In this document: one piece after another, positions 17,603 to 27,697 of the stretch
Position numbering within the stretch: position 1 is the stretch's first letter
Layout: every line of letters begins with the position of its first letter
Assembly (NCBI GenBank): GCA_963769765.1
Contig: CAVYNA010000004.1
Coordinates: forward strand, 346,373 to 410,372
Source of the DNA: an uncultured Acidimicrobiaceae bacterium
GTDB lineage: Bacteria > Actinomycetota > Acidimicrobiia > Acidimicrobiales > RAAP-2
DNA: 64,000 nucleotides
Direction of reading: 5' to 3'
Notes under the pieces: generated by a model
Database searches by the model: none
What the model was told of the DNA's origin: nothing
What the model saw: the letters and a program-made list of their open reading frames with translations, nothing else
Made by a program: the position numbers and the translations under genes

Positions 17603-19279
17603 ATGGAGCGCCTGCGACCGTTCGGAGACGCCGCACTCCTCGTCGAGACCGGAGACCACCGCGGCGCCTCCTCGATCGCCCAGGCGATCGAGGAGGCCCG
17701 CGCGCGTCAGACGCTGCCGGCGGCGGTGCGCGAGGTGGTGGTCGGGAGCACCTCTGCGCTGGTCGAGCTCGACGGTGGCGGTCGAGACGACGACCTCGCG
17801 GGCGCGGAGGCGTGGCTTGCCGCACTCGCCGCACGCACTGGTGCGGGTGACCTCGTGCGACCGCCGCCGCGCGCCGGCGCGCGCCACCACGACGTGTGGT
17901 CCGTCTTCGACGGTCCCGATCTCGGCGCGGTGGCGGGCGAGCTCGGGAGCGCGGCGGACGACGTGGTCGACCTCCTCTGTTCGGTCGAGCTCGAGGTCGC
18001 CTTCGTCGGGTTCGCCCCGGGCTTCCCCTACCTGGTCGGTCTCCCCACCGAGCTCGCGTCTCTCGAGCGCCACAGCACGCCGCGGGTGTCGGTGCCGGCC
18101 GGGTCGGTCGCAGTCGCAGGCGGCTTCGCTTCCGTGTACCCGAGGGCGTCCCCCGGGGGATGGCGTCTCCTCGGTCGGAGCGAGCTCGCGCTCTTCGACC
18201 CGCAGCGCGCTCCCTACGCGCTCCTCAGACCCGGGGACACGGTGCGCTTCCGCCCGCGCACGTCGATGACATCGGAACCGGTTGTGCCGGCCGCCGGCGG
18301 TCGGATGCCGCTCGCGGCCCGCGGGCCCCGGTTCGTCGAGGTCCTCCGGCCCGGACTGCTCTCCCTCGTCGAGGACGGAGGTCGGCGGCTGGCCGCACTC
18401 GGCGTCCCCCGGGCCGGTCCCTGCGACCGCGACTCGATGCGCCTCGCCAACCGGCTGGTCGGCAACGATGACGATGCGGGCTCGATCGAGGTGACCGTCA
18501 CGGGACCGTCGATCCGGTGCTCGGTGGACTGTCACGTCGCGGTGGTCGCACCGGACGGCGCGAGCGTCGACGTGCGGCTCGACGGGCACCGCGCGCCCAC
18601 CGGTGTCGTGGTTCCGGTCGGCGCGGGCCAGGTGCTCGAAGTGGGTGGGATCCGGGGCGCGTTCCGCGCCTACCTGGCCGTCTCCGGCGGCTTCGACTCA
18701 CCGGCCACGGTCGGCTCGTGCTCGTCCGACCTCCTCTCGGGCCTCGGGCCGGGACCGCTCGTGACCGGAGACCGGCTCGACCTCGGACCGCCGGGCAGGC
18801 CCAGAGGTCAGGCCACGGCGGTCCATCGGTCCCATCGGCCCCATCGGTCGGAGCACCCGGTCGAGCTCCGGGTCCTCGCCGGGCCGCACGGGTCTGTCGC
18901 CGCGCTCGCCGACCTCACCCGGGAGGCGTGGCAGGTCGGCGACGCGGCCAACCGGATCGGGATCCGGCTCCGTGGCGACGGTGGCGTCCGGACCGGCGTC
19001 ACCCGGGTCCCCTCCACCGGAATGGTCACCGGCGCTGTGCAGGTCCCCCCGGACGGGTCACCGATCGTGCTCCTGCCCGACCACGCGACCGTCGGCGGCT
19101 ATCCGGCGGTCGCCTGCGTCGTCACCGCCGATCTCCCACGCCTCGGGCAGCTCGGGCCCGGGGACCCGGTCAGGTTCTCCCCCGTCGACCTGCCCGAGGC
19201 CCGTCGCCTCCGGCACGAGGCCGACCGGGCGTTCGAGCGGCGCGTCCGCGGATGGTTCCCGACCACCGCGGCCACGTGA
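17603..19279 (+). CDS. fused 5-oxoprolinase subunits B and C (KipI/KipA, allophanate hydrolase subunit 1+2 domains) in one ORF
   Basis: The N-terminal half is MERLRPFGDAALLVETGD...VAFVGFAPGFPYLVGLP...AVAGGFASVYPRASPGGWRLLGRS...GDTVRFRP. The C-terminal half is ...VEVLRPGLLSLVEDGGRRLAALGVPRAGPCDRDSMRLANRLVGN...PSTGMVTGAVQVPPDGSPIVLLPDHATVGGYP... There is no stop between the halves. Confidence 0.8.
   Translation: MERLRPFGDAALLVETGDHRGASSIAQAIEEARARQTLPAAVREVVVGSTSALVELDGGGRDDDLAGAEAWLAALAARTGAGDLVRPPPRAGARHHDVWSVFDGPDLGAVAGELGSAADDVVDLLCSVELEVAFVGFAPGFPYLVGLPTELASLERHSTPRVSVPAGSVAVAGGFASVYPRASPGGWRLLGRSELALFDPQRAPYALLRPGDTVRFRPRTSMTSEPVVPAAGGRMPLAARGPRFVEVLRPGLLSLVEDGGRRLAALGVPRAGPCDRDSMRLANRLVGNDDDAGSIEVTVTGPSIRCSVDCHVAVVAPDGASVDVRLDGHRAPTGVVVPVGAGQVLEVGGIRGAFRAYLAVSGGFDSPATVGSCSSDLLSGLGPGPLVTGDRLDLGPPGRPRGQATAVHRSHRPHRSEHPVELRVLAGPHGSVAALADLTREAWQVGDAANRIGIRLRGDGGVRTGVTRVPSTGMVTGAVQVPPDGSPIVLLPDHATVGGYPAVACVVTADLPRLGQLGPGDPVRFSPVDLPEARRLRHEADRAFERRVRGWFPTTAAT
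18823..18849. repeat. 9-bp tandem repeat CCATCGGYC x3 inside pxpBC
   Basis: ccatcggtc ccatcggcc ccatcggtc encodes VHRSHRPHRS in the PxpC-like half. Confidence 0.85.
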
Positions 19280-19300
19280 CCGTGCCGGCCAAGACGGTGC

Positions 19301-20290
19301 TCACGGGTGGGCCGCGTCCCGAAGCGACACCAGCCGGTCGACGCCGTGCGTCGCGCACCAGCGTGCGAGTCCCTCGAGCACGGTGAGCGGAGCGCGGGGG
19401 TCGCGGAAGGTCGCGGTCCCGACCTGGACGGCGTCCGCGCCTGCCATCACCAGCTCGACCGCGTCCTCACCACAGGTGACGCCGCCGACCCCCACGATGG
19501 CCGCGTCGGGGAACGCGTCACGCACGTCGTAGACCGCGCGCAGCGCGATCGGTCGGATCGCGGGCCCGGACAGACCGCCACCCGCGCCACCCGAGCCGAG
19601 CACCGGCCGCCGCGACTCCGCGTCGATCGCCATGGCGAGCACGGTATTGACGAGGACGACCCCATCGGCACCGGCCCCGAGGGCCGCGCCCGCGATCTCT
19701 GCGATGTCGGCGACGGTCGGACTGAGCTTCACGAAGGCCGGAAGCCCGGGACAGTGCTCACGGACCGCGGCGACGACCTCGGCGGTAGCCGACGGCGAGT
19801 GGGCGAACATGCGTCGGCGGTCCTCGAGGTTCGGGCAGCTCACGTTCACCTCGATCGCCACGGGTCCCGCGAGTCCGACCAGTTGCGCGGCGGATGCGGC
19901 GAACTCCGCGACACGCCGCCCCCAGATGCTGACGACGACACGCGCACCGACCGCGACGAGTCGCGGGAGGTCGTCGCGTATCCACGCGTCGAGCCCGGGG
20001 CCCTGGAGCCCCACGCTGTTGAGCATGCCCGACGGCGTCTGGTGGACCCTCGGTGCGGGATTGCCCGGCCACGCCTCGACGGTCAGCGACTTCACGACCA
20101 CGGCGCCGAGCTCTGCGAGTGGCACGTACGCGGCGAGCTCGTCGGCGTGCCCGGCGGTGCCCGACGCGGTCATCACCGGGTTGGGGAGCTCGAGCCCGCC
20201 GAGGCGCACCCGGAGGTCGACGCCACCGAAGCTTGCGGATCCGTGCTCACCGGAGCGGGCGGCGCTCCCGCTCCGCCAGCGTTGTCTCAC
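19301..20290 (-). CDS. pyrD: dihydroorotate dehydrogenase (class 1-like)
   Basis: ...[32 protein letters not shown]...VVKSLT...NSVGLQGPG...NVSCPN...GVVLVNT...[14 protein letters not shown]... GTG 20290 lies 5 nt after the carB stop. GTG 20209 is an alternative start. Confidence 0.85.
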   Translation of the reverse strand: MRQRWRSGSAARSGEHGSASFGGVDLRVRLGGLELPNPVMTASGTAGHADELAAYVPLAELGAVVVKSLTVEAWPGNPAPRVHQTPSGMLNSVGLQGPGLDAWIRDDLPRLVAVGARVVVSIWGRRVAEFAASAAQLVGLAGPVAIEVNVSCPNLEDRRRMFAHSPSATAEVVAAVREHCPGLPAFVKLSPTVADIAEIAGAALGAGADGVVLVNTVLAMAIDAESRRPVLGSGGAGGGLSGPAIRPIALRAVYDVRDAFPDAAIVGVGGVTCGEDAVELVMAGADAVQVGTATFRDPRAPLTVLEGLARWCATHGVDRLVSLRDAAHP

Positions 20291-20294
20291 CGCG

Positions 20295-23200
20295 TCATCG
20301 CCGGTGGTACTCCTGGAGCGACCGCACGGTGAGCGGGTGGCGCGACCAGTCGGTGATCCCGGCTGCGGCCGCCCGTGCCGCGGCAACTGTGGTGAGGCAC
20401 GGGACGAGGTGCTCGAGCGCGGCGGCGCGGATGTGCTCGCCGTCCGCCCGAGGACCGCGCCCGCGGGGCGTGTTGACGACGAGCTGCACCTTGCCGCCTG
20501 CGATGAGGTCGACCGCGTCGGCGCCCTCGCCGCGGTCGCCGACCTTCGCCACCACCGTCGAGACCGCAATGCCGTCGGCCTCGAGCATCGCGGCGGTGCC
20601 CGACGTCGCCGCGAGCTCGAACCCGAGGGCGGCGAAGCGCCGTGCTGCCTCGAGGCCTGCGGTCTTGTCCCGGTCGGCGAGGGAGAAGAAGACCGTGCCC
20701 GTGTCGGGGAGCCGGTTGCCGGCGGCCATCTGGCTCTTCGCGAAGGCGAGGCCGAAGGTCGTACCGATCCCCATGACCTCGCCGGTCGAGCGCATCTCGG
20801 GACCGAGCAGCGTGTCCACCCCGCGGAAGCGGTTGAAGGGCAGCACCGCCTCCTTGACGGAGACGTGGCCGCCGACCGGCTCGACGAGCAGACCTTCCCT
20901 GCGGAGCTCGGCCAACGTCGCGCCGACCATGACCCGTGCGGCCACCATCGCGACCGGCACCCCGGTCGCCTTCGCGACGAACGGGACGGTCCGCGACGCG
21001 CGCGAGGGTTGGCCTCGAGCACGTAGACCCGGTCGTCCTTGACGGCGAACTGCACGTTGCAGAGGCCCCGCACCTGCAGCGCCTCCGCGATCGTCCGCAC
21101 GTGCCGTTCGAGCTCGGCGACGACGTCGGCTCGAAGCGTCTGCGGGGGCAGAGCGCAGGCCGAGTCGCCCGAGTGCACCCCGGCGGCCTCGACGTGCTCC
21201 ATCACGCCGCAGATCACGACCTCGCCGGTCGCGTCCCGTACGGCGTCGACGTCGACCTCGATGGCGTCCTCGAGGAAGCGGTCGACGAGCACCGGCCGCT
21301 CACGGGTGACACCACCTTCGCGGCCGAGCGCGCCCCCGATTGCCGACATCGCCTCGACGGAGGAGACCAGGTGCTCGTCGTCGTAGACGATCTCCATCGC
21401 CCGGCCGCCGAGGACGTAGGACGGGCGGACCAGCACCGGGTAGCCGATGCCGTGGGCGACCTGGACGGCCTGGGCGGCGGTCGAGGCGGTTCCGCCCGGA
21501 GGCTGGGGGATCCCGAGACTGGCGCAGAGCTCGTTCCACCGCTCGCGGTCCTCGGCGAGGTCGATCGACGCGGGCGACGTGCCGAGGACGAGCTCCTCGG
21601 GGATGTCCGCCGCGAGCTTGAGCGGCGTCTGCCCGCCGAGGCTGACGATGATCCCGACCAGGCGGCCGGCACCGATCGAGGCGCGCTGTTCCGCCTCGAT
21701 GACGTCGGCGACGTCCTCGGCGGTCAGCGGTTCGAAGTAGAGCCGGTCAGAGGTGTCGTAGTCGGTCGACACCGTCTCGGGATTGCAGTTGACCATCACG
21801 GTCTCGAACCCCGCCGCCCGCAACGCGAAAGAGGCGTGGACACAGCAGTAGTCGAACTCGATCCCCTGTCCGATGCGGTTCGGTCCCGAGCCGAGGATGA
21901 TCACCCGCGGCCTGTCCGACGGCCGGATCTCGCTCTCGTCCTCGGTGGTCGAGTAGTGATACGGCGTACGCGCTTCGAACTCCGCACCGCAGGTGTCCAC
22001 CGTCTTGAACGTCGCGACCACCCCGGCGGCGGTGCGGTGCGCACGGACGTCGTCCGCGGACGTGCCCGGGCCGAAGAGATGGGCCAGCTGCGCGTCGGAG
22101 AACCCGAGCCGCTTCAGCCCGCGCCAGGTGCGGCGATCGAGGTCCGCCGCGGTCACCCCGAGGGTCGCCTGGAGCCCGAGGGCCATGTGCGCGTCGGCGA
22201 TCTTCGCCAGCTCGGAGAGGAACCAGGGATCGATGCCGGTCGTCCTGGCGAGCTCTTCGACCGGGACGCCACGCCGCAGCAGCGCTTCGAGCTGGAAGAT
22301 CCGGTCGGGCGTGGCGATCGCGACGCGGTCGGCCAGCTCCTCTGTGCGCTGGTCCTCGAGGGAAGTGCCGGCCGGATCGGCGTTGAGGCCCATCCGGCCC
22401 TGCTCGAGGGAGCGCACGGCCTTCTGCAGGGACTCCGGGAAGGTCCGGCCGATTCCCATCACCTCACCGACCGACTGCATCCGCGTGCCGAGGACGTCGA
22501 CTGAGCCGGGCAGCTTCTCGAAGGCCCATCGCGGGATCTTCGTCACCACGTAGTCGATGGTCGGCTCGAACGAGGCCGGGGTGGCACGAGTGATGTCGTT
22601 GGTGATCTCGTCGAGCCGGTAGCCGACGGCGAGCTTCGCCGCGATCTTGGCGATGGGGAACCCCGTCGCCTTCGACGCGAGTGCGGACGATCGCGAGACC
22701 CTCGGGTTCATCTCGATGATGGTCTGGCTGCCGTCGGTCGGGTCGACCGCGAACTGCACGTTGGACCCGCCCGTCTCCACCCCGACGCGGCGGATGCAGG
22801 CAAAGGCCGCATCGCGCATCGTCTGGTACTCGACATCGGTGAGCGTCTGCGCCGGGGCGACCGTGATCGAGTCGCCGGTGTGGACGCCCATCGGATCGAA
22901 GTTCTCGATCGAGCAGATCACGACGCAGTTGTCGGCGCGGTCGCGCATCACCTCGAGCTCGAACTCCTTCTGGCCGGCGATCGAGCGCTCGACCAGCACC
23001 TCGCCGATCGGCGACGCGTCGAGGCCCTCCCCCGCCAGCCGGACCAATGCGTCGAGGTCGCCGGCGATGCCGGTTCCCGCGCCGCCGAGGATGTAGCTGG
23101 GCCGCACCATCACCGGGCAGCCGATGCGCTCGCCGATCGCGACGGCCTCGTCGAGCGAGTAGGCGAACCCCGACTGCGGGACGGCGAGGCCGATGCCTTC

Positions 23201-23608
23201 CATGGCCTCCTTGAAGCGCTCGCGGTCCTCGGCCGTCGCGATCGCCTCGGGGTCCGCCCCGATGACCTCGACACCGAACCGGTCGAGATCGCCCCGTTGG
23301 GCGAGGGCCATGGTGAGGTTGAGGGCGGTCTGCCCCCCGAGGGTGGGCAACAGCGCGTCGGGCCGTTCGCGCTCGATGATCGCAGCCAGGACGTCGGGGA
23401 CGAGGGGCTCGACGTAGGTCCGGTCGGCCATCGCCGGGTCGGTCATGATCGTCGCCGGGTTCGAGTTGGCGAGCACGACCCGGTAGCCCTCTTCCGCGAG
23501 GACCCGGCAGGCCTGGGTGCCCGAGTAGTCGAATTCGCAGGCCTGACCGATCACGATCGGGCCCGAGCCGATCACCAGGATCGATTCGAGGTCGTCGCGT
23601 CGTGGCAT
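20295..23608 (-). pseudogene. carB: carbamoyl-phosphate synthase large subunit with the reading frame broken by +2 nt (pseudogene or assembly error)
   Basis: The N-terminal ~873 codons ([37 protein letters not shown]... to ...[13 protein letters not shown]) are in one frame. The C-terminal ~230 codons ([25 protein letters not shown]...MGS-like domain...SLQEYHRR) are in another. The span is 3314 nt, which is 3n+2. The shift lies in cgcgcgcg at 20997-21004. Confidence 0.85.
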
Positions 23609-24753
23609 CAGCCCGCCCGGTCGCGCAGCTGCACTCTGCGCGACGCGCTCGCCGAGGCGTCCATGGCGTCCCGGAACCGGTCGAAGAGGTAGCGGGCGTC
23701 GTGTGGCCCCGGGCCCGCCTCGGGGTGGTACTGCACGCTGAAGAGTGGCGCGTCCGACCATGCCAGGCCCTCGATCACCCCGTCGTTGAGGTTGACGTGG
23801 GTGACCGCCGCGTCCGGCAGCGTCCCGTCGGCCACCGCGTAGTTGTGGTTCTGCGAGGTGATCTCGACCCGACCGCTCTCCACGTTTCGCACCGGGTGGT
23901 TCCCGCCGTGGTGCCCGAACGGCAGCTTGAAGGTGGCCGCCCCGAGCGCGGTCGCGAGCAACTGGTGACCGAGGCAGATCCCGAAGACAGGCACCGAGCC
24001 GTGCTCGGCCACGATGCGGATCTCCGTGGCGATCGCGCCGAGTGCCGCAGGGTCGCCCGGTCCGTTGGAGAGGAAGACGCCGTCGGGCTCGCGGGCGAGC
24101 ACGTCCTCACCGGAGGTCGACGCGGGGACCACCTCGACGGTGGCGAGCTCGCCCAACTGGCGCAGCATGGCTTCTTTGATGCCGAAGTCGTACGCGACGA
24201 TGCGGTAGGGACCTGTCCCCCTGGTGTAGGTGGAAGGAGCGGTCACCTCCGAGACGAGATCGCGTCCATCGGTGCCGGCAGCCGCACGCGCCGCTGCGGT
24301 GAGCTCCGCCTCCCCGGTCGTCCCGAACGCGCAGGGCATCGCCCCGTGGTCGCGCAGGTGCCTCGTGAGGCGACGCGTGTCGATCCCGGTGATGGCCGGG
24401 AGCCGGAAACGCCGCAGGTACGCGTCGAGGCTCCCGGTCGAGCGCCAGCTGCTGGGTCGGTCGTTGAGGTCCCGGACGACGATCCCGCGGCAGTGCGGAC
24501 GGGGCGCCTCGTCGTCGTCGGGGTTGACCCCGTAGTTGCCGATGTGGGGATAGGTGAACGCGATGACCTGGCCGGCGTACGAGGGGTCGGTGATCACCTC
24601 CTGGTAGCCGGTGAGGACCGTGTTGAACACGGCCTCGCCCGTCGCCAGCCGCACCTCGGCGAGGGCACCCGCGGCCTCCCCCTCGAAGACCTCGCCGTCG
24701 GCGAGCACGAGGAGGGCCTCGTCGCGCCGGACGGTCCCGAGCCGGTCGGTCAC
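23608..24753 (-). CDS. carA: carbamoyl-phosphate synthase small (glutaminase) subunit
   Basis: [29 protein letters not shown]...[35 protein letters not shown]...[13 protein letters not shown]...HNYAV... The GTG overlaps the pyrC stop (GTGA). Confidence 0.92.
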   Translation of the reverse strand: MTDRLGTVRRDEALLVLADGEVFEGEAAGALAEVRLATGEAVFNTVLTGYQEVITDPSYAGQVIAFTYPHIGNYGVNPDDDEAPRPHCRGIVVRDLNDRPSSWRSTGSLDAYLRRFRLPAITGIDTRRLTRHLRDHGAMPCAFGTTGEAELTAAARAAAGTDGRDLVSEVTAPSTYTRGTGPYRIVAYDFGIKEAMLRQLGELATVEVVPASTSGEDVLAREPDGVFLSNGPGDPAALGAIATEIRIVAEHGSVPVFGICLGHQLLATALGAATFKLPFGHHGGNHPVRNVESGRVEITSQNHNYAVADGTLPDAAVTHVNLNDGVIEGLAWSDAPLFSVQYHPEAGPGPHDARYLFDRFRDAMDASASASRRVQLRDRAG

Positions 24754-26060
24754 CGCTGCGCCTCGCCGTCCACGACCACCGGGTCGCCGTCGAAGACGGT
24801 GTGCCGGACCCGACCGGTCAACGTGCGCCCGGCGTAGGGGGTGTTGCGGCTGAGGCTCGCGAGTGCGCCGGGATCGACCTGCCAGCGCGTCGAGGGATCG
24901 ATGACGCACAGGTTGGCGGCCACGCCTGCCACGAGGGGCCCGCCATGGGCTCCACCCGACGCGCGGTCGAGCCCGGCAATCGCGGCCGGCTGCCAGCTGA
25001 GCAGGGCGAGCACGCGCTCGAGTGGGAGGTCGAGCTCCGAGAGCGTCACCGCGAGCGCGGTCTCGAGACCGAGCATGCCGGGTGGCGCTTCGTCGAAGGG
25101 GAGGTCCTTGAGCTCGGGGGCGTGCGGCGCATGGTCCGTCGCGACCGCGTCGAGCGTGCCGTCGACGAGCGCTGCCGCGACCGCGGCGACGTCGTGGGCC
25201 GGCCGCAGCGGTGGATTGACCTTGAAGGTCGGGTCGAAGGCGGCCACCAGCTCGTGGGAGAGCGCGAAGTGGTGGGGTGCCGCCTCGGCCGTGACGGAGG
25301 CGCCCTCGGCCTTGGCGCGGCGCACCAGCTCGACCGAGACGGCCGTGGAGAGGTGCAGGAGATGGAGACGTGCCCCGGTCTCACGGGCGAGCGCGAGGTC
25401 GCGGGCGACCATCACCTCCTCGGCGAGTGCCGGGGTGCCCGGAAGTCCCAGCCGGCTCGACCAGTCGCCCTCGTGCATCGCCCCCTCCCCGGCGAGTGAG
25501 CGGTCCTCGCAGTGCTGGGCGAGCGTCACCCCGATGCCGGCCGCATACTGCAGCGCGCGGCGCATCACCCCGGCCGACTGGACTCCCGTGCCGTCGTCGG
25601 TGAAGAGGCGGACCCCGAGGGCGGCGAGCTCGGCCATGGGAGCCAGGCGCTCACCGGCCCGTCCGACCGTGATCGCACCGGCGGCGGCGACCTCTGCCGT
25701 GGCGCCGCCTGCGAGCTCGAAGAGGTTCCGGACCGCCTCCGCCGAGTCCAGCGGCGGATCGGTGTTGGGCATCGCGACCACCGCGGTGAAGCCCCCGAGG
25801 GAGGCGGCACGCGTGCCCGTCTCGATGGTCTCGGAGCCCTCCCCGCCCGGCTCGCGGAGATGCGTGTGGAGGTCGACGAGCCCCGGGGACACTGCGCACC
25901 CGCCCGCATCGAGGATCCGGGCGCCGCGGGGTACGTCGAGATCCGCGCCGACATCCACGATGCGACCGTCCTCGAGCACCAGGTCGCCGCGACGGGTTCC
26001 CGTCGCGTCGACGAGTGTCCCACCGCGGACCACCAACCTCGCCGGTGCGCGCTCAGGCAA
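24750..26060 (-). CDS. pyrC: dihydroorotase
   Basis: ...[30 protein letters not shown]...[15 protein letters not shown]...VVAMPNTDP...ATDHAPH... Start at TTG 26060, or TTG/GTG near 26039-26036. Confidence 0.9.
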   Translation of the reverse strand: MPERAPARLVVRGGTLVDATGTRRGDLVLEDGRIVDVGADLDVPRGARILDAGGCAVSPGLVDLHTHLREPGGEGSETIETGTRAASLGGFTAVVAMPNTDPPLDSAEAVRNLFELAGGATAEVAAAGAITVGRAGERLAPMAELAALGVRLFTDDGTGVQSAGVMRRALQYAAGIGVTLAQHCEDRSLAGEGAMHEGDWSSRLGLPGTPALAEEVMVARDLALARETGARLHLLHLSTAVSVELVRRAKAEGASVTAEAAPHHFALSHELVAAFDPTFKVNPPLRPAHDVAAVAAALVDGTLDAVATDHAPHAPELKDLPFDEAPPGMLGLETALAVTLSELDLPLERVLALLSWQPAAIAGLDRASGGAHGGPLVAGVAANLCVIDPSTRWQVDPGALASLSRNTPYAGRTLTGRVRHTVFDGDPVVVDGEAQR

Positions 26061-27025
26061 CGGGGTCGACCTCCCCCTTGGGATGGGCGAGCCAGAGGAA
26101 GAGGACCGCCATCCGGACCGCCACGCCGTTGGCCACCTGGTCCGTGATCAGGGCCGCGGGCAGCTCGGCCACTTCCGAGGCGATCTCGACCCCGCGGACC
26201 ATCGGTCCGGGATGGAGGATCACCGCCCCCGGGGGCAGCATCGCCGCGCGCCGGGCGTCGAGGCCGAAGCCGGTCGTGTACTCACGGAGCGACGGGACGA
26301 ACCGACCGCTTCCGCGCTCGGCCTGGAGGCGGAGGAGGGAGACGACGTCGGCCTTCGCCAGCACCTCGTCCAGGCGGTGGCTGACCGAGGCGATCGGCCA
26401 GCCCTCGAGCGACGGAGGGAGCAGGGTGGCGGGCGCCACCAGGGTGACCTCTGCACCGAGCGCCGCGTACGCGGCGATCAGCGAGCGGGCCACGCGGCTG
26501 TGACGGACGTCGCCCACGATCGCCACGCGGAGGCCGTCGAACGCGGCGAGTCCCTCCTCGTCGCCGCCGAGCGCGTGGCGAACCGTGTAGAGGTCGACCA
26601 GCGCCTGGGTCGGGTGCTGGTGCCAGCCGTCGCCCGCATTGATCACGACACACCGGTCGACCCAGCGCGCGACCTGGGCGGGGACGCCGGAGCTGCGGTG
26701 CCGGACGATGACGGCGTCGATTCCGATGGCCTCGATCGTCTCGACGGTGTCGCGGAGCGACTCGCCCTTGTTGAGGGAGGAGGCACCTGCCGCAAAGGAG
26801 AGTACGTCCGCGGACAGCCGCTTCGCGGCCGTCTCGAACGACATCCGCGTCCTCGTCGAGTCCTCGAAGAAGAGGGTCGCGACGGTCCGGCCCCGCAGGG
26901 TCGGCACCTTCGGGTTCGCCCGCCGCCGCGACCTCGGCGAAGGAGTCCGTGACCCGCAGCACCTCGGCGATCGACCCGGCATCGAGGTCGTCGATGCCGA
27001 GCAGGTGCGGGGGCAGGTCGCTCAC
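26053..27025 (-). pseudogene. pyrB: aspartate carbamoyltransferase catalytic subunit with the reading frame broken by +1 nt (pseudogene or assembly error)
   Basis: The N-terminus (GTG 27025, [35 protein letters not shown]) is in one frame. The rest ([39 protein letters not shown]...[11 protein letters not shown]...[12 protein letters not shown]...) is in the next frame. The span is 973 nt, which is 3n+1. The shift lies at the gcggcggcggg run near 26918-26930. Confidence 0.85.
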
Positions 27026-27591
27026 TTGCCGACCAGCTCTCCGATGGAGACCCCTTCCTCGGAGACGTCGACCATCTCGTCGCGGCTCGTCGGCAGGTTC
27101 TTGCCGATGTAGTCGGGTCGGATCGGCAGCTCGCGGTGGCCGCGGTCGACCATCACCGCGAGCTCGACGCGCTGGGCCCTCCCGTACTCACCGAGGGCGT
27201 TGAGCGCGGCCCGGATGGTCCGGCCGGTGAACAGGACGTCGTCGACGAGGACCACCGTCCGACCGGTCAGGTCGACGCCGATGTCGGTCGCCGCTTCGGG
27301 GAGCACCGGCCGCAGTCCGATGTCGTCACGGTAGAACGCGACATCCAGGGTGCCCACCGGGACCGTCGCGTCCTCGACCTCGGCGAGCGTGTCCGCGAGC
27401 CGCTGCGCGATCGCGACGCCGCCGGTCTGGAGACCGACCAGCACAACCGCCTCGAGTCCGCGATTCCGCTCGGCGATCTCGTGGGCCATGCGGGTGATCG
27501 CTCGCCGGACGTCGTCCGCCGACATCACCTGGGCCCTCGGGACGAACACGGCACCCCGCGGTCGGGTGTGACTGCGCTCGCGTTCGGCCAC
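27022..27591 (-). CDS. pyrR: bifunctional pyrimidine operon regulator / uracil phosphoribosyltransferase
   Basis: MAERERSH...MSADDVRRAITRMAHEIAERNRGLEAVVLVGLQTGGVAIAQRLA...VVLVDDVLFTGRTIRAALNAL...VMVDRGHRELPIRPDYIGKNLPTS... The stop overlaps the pyrB GTG (GTGA). Confidence 0.92.
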   Translation of the reverse strand: MAERERSHTRPRGAVFVPRAQVMSADDVRRAITRMAHEIAERNRGLEAVVLVGLQTGGVAIAQRLADTLAEVEDATVPVGTLDVAFYRDDIGLRPVLPEAATDIGVDLTGRTVVLVDDVLFTGRTIRAALNALGEYGRAQRVELAVMVDRGHRELPIRPDYIGKNLPTSRDEMVDVSEEGVSIGELVGK

Positions 27592-27602
27592 GACGTCCTC
27601 CT

Positions 27603-27624
27603 GTCCGTTCGGGCCTCACGGGAC
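27603..27624 (-). promoter_or_regulatory. candidate PyrR-binding hairpin just upstream of the pyrR Shine-Dalgarno
   Basis: The minus-strand RNA GUCCCGUGAGGCCCGAACGGAC is followed by AGGAGGACGUC-GUG. The UCCCGUGAGGCC segment resembles the PyrR binding-loop consensus (UCCAGAGAGGC). The placement next to the RBS fits the translational repression described for mycobacterial pyrR. Confidence 0.35.
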
Positions 27625-27645
27625 CCGCTTCACGGTCAGGCTCCG

Positions 27646-27651
27646 ACTATA
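27646..27651 (-). promoter_or_regulatory. -10-like TATAGT upstream of the pyrR leader
   Basis: The minus strand reads ...ggccgcgggTATAGTcggagcc... about 55 nt before the pyrR GTG. This is a rare AT hexamer in the GC-rich spacer. The -35 is weak. Confidence 0.35.
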
Positions 27652-27697
27652 CCCGCGGCCTCCCCACCACGCGGTCCCGCGACCGGTCGGACGGCGC

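Noticed and set aside
19301-23761. A 1486-aa ORF that looks like a giant CarB-PyrD fusion protein
   Set aside because: It is an artefact. The carB N-terminal frame loses register at the (CG)4 run (20997-21004), crosses about 230 codons of Arg/Ser/Pro-rich nonsense without meeting a stop (common in GC-rich DNA), and happens to enter the pyrD frame. The true CarB C-terminus is in the 20295..20960 frame, and pyrD has its own GTG at 20290.
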